This document shows, piece by piece, positions 63,179-64,000 of a stretch of 64,000 nt of DNA. The position numbers and the translations under genes were made by a program. The stretch is from contig OZ024741.1 of assembly GCA_964016885.1 (NCBI GenBank), positions 399,714,001 to 399,778,000 on the forward strand, given 5' to 3'. Each line of letters begins with the position of its first letter. The first letter of the stretch is position 1. This DNA comes from Eledone cirrhosa (taxonomy: Eukaryota). The notes below the pieces were generated by a model that saw only the letters and a list, made by a program, of their open reading frames with translations, did not search any database and was not told where the DNA came from.

Positions 63179-63322
63179 ATGTACAGAATGGAGGTTTACT
63201 AATACAAACACCATTCTTGAATGTATATCCTTCTTTGCAACTACATATCTCTTGACAATCCAAAGAAGCAGAACAGTCGCTGTCACAAGTATCCAAATCA
63301 CAGTAACATTTGCTGGGACATT
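63179..63322 (-). CDS. Mucin-like gene exon: 10-Cys TIL-like module (most 5' exon visible)
   Basis: ttttacag acceptor, gtgagt donor, 144 nt, phase 1->1. CPSKCYCDLDTCDSDCSASLDCQEICSCKEGYTFKNGVCISKPPFCT. Confidence 0.88.
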
Positions 63323-63369
63323 CTGTAAAACAAATTCAGAGAAAGATTTAGATTAAAAATCCGACGCCT

Positions 63370-63872
63370 GGCAACTGACTTCGTAAACACCCACAAAATT
63401 ATTAACCATCTTGCCAACAACAACCCTGAGTACCTTTTTGATTTCTGTGTCTAACACACGTGGGCATGCCAACAAAGTCAGAAAACAGCACAGCTTCCAT
63501 AACTTTCAGAAACATTTTTTCACGCTCAGTTTTCACGTAGTTTGTTCCATGCTGAAGCATGGAACAAACTACCTTCATGAGTTATTAGCTGTCGGGACAC
63601 TGCATCCCTTAAAACCACCATGGAACAAACTACCTGCATTAGTTGTTAGCTGTCGAGACACTGCATCCTTTAAAATCTTCATGCTTCCTGAGATTCGCAA
63701 ACACTACACCTAATATTTCCCCTCCATACACACGTACACATGTATATCATGACTCGTACACTGTTCATTTTCCTGACATTGTATATTATTCTTTGTACTA
63801 TACATGCACCTTTGATGAGTTGTAGTGCACCTGAGCACTGTACACAATAATTTCATTATTATCATTATTATT
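63370..63872 (+). mobile_element. CR1-like LINE 3' fragment with (ATT)n tail
   Basis: TRGHANKVRKQHS...WNKLP motif; homologous to 43485-44940. Confidence 0.85.
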
Positions 63873-64000
63873 AAAATATATATGATAAATCTTTCCTCAT
63901 TGTCATAAATATCTAAACCACTGTAACAAATTGCTAAGACATTCTGTAAAACATAAATTCACAGAGTTCTATATATATATTTAAAATATATATGATAGAT

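Overview
AT-rich animal genomic DNA; the SINE/LINE families and (TA)n density suggest an octopod cephalopod (inference). The window lies inside one very large minus-strand gene encoding a secreted gel-forming-mucin-like protein. I traced 15 GT-AG exons with mutually compatible phases (63322->6890, 13,850 nt, about 4,600 aa, open at both ends). Their order is: 10-Cys TIL-like module, two divergent F5/8 type C (discoidin-like) domains, six Ser/Thr-rich micro-exons (33-66 nt) interspersed, two giant PTS exons (4,983 and 6,651 nt) sharing a 57-bp/19-aa repeat, then TIL and VWC-like Cys-rich exons. The introns hold two Penelope-like retroelements (one Naiad-type with ~1-kb inverted arms), many fold-back Penelope pLTR remnants at (TA)n tracts carrying minimal hammerhead-ribozyme motifs, RTE LINEs (one with a PHD-type finger inside the RT), CR1- and CRE-like fragments, tRNA-derived SINEs, piggyBac- and mariner-type MITEs and several minisatellites. 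The most notable points are the hammerhead/fold-back swarm, the run of 12 consecutive phase-1 symmetric mucin exons, and a near-identical inverted RTE pair bracketing two exons that could back-splice into a 480-nt stop-free circle. All calls were made by eye, without database searches or expression data.
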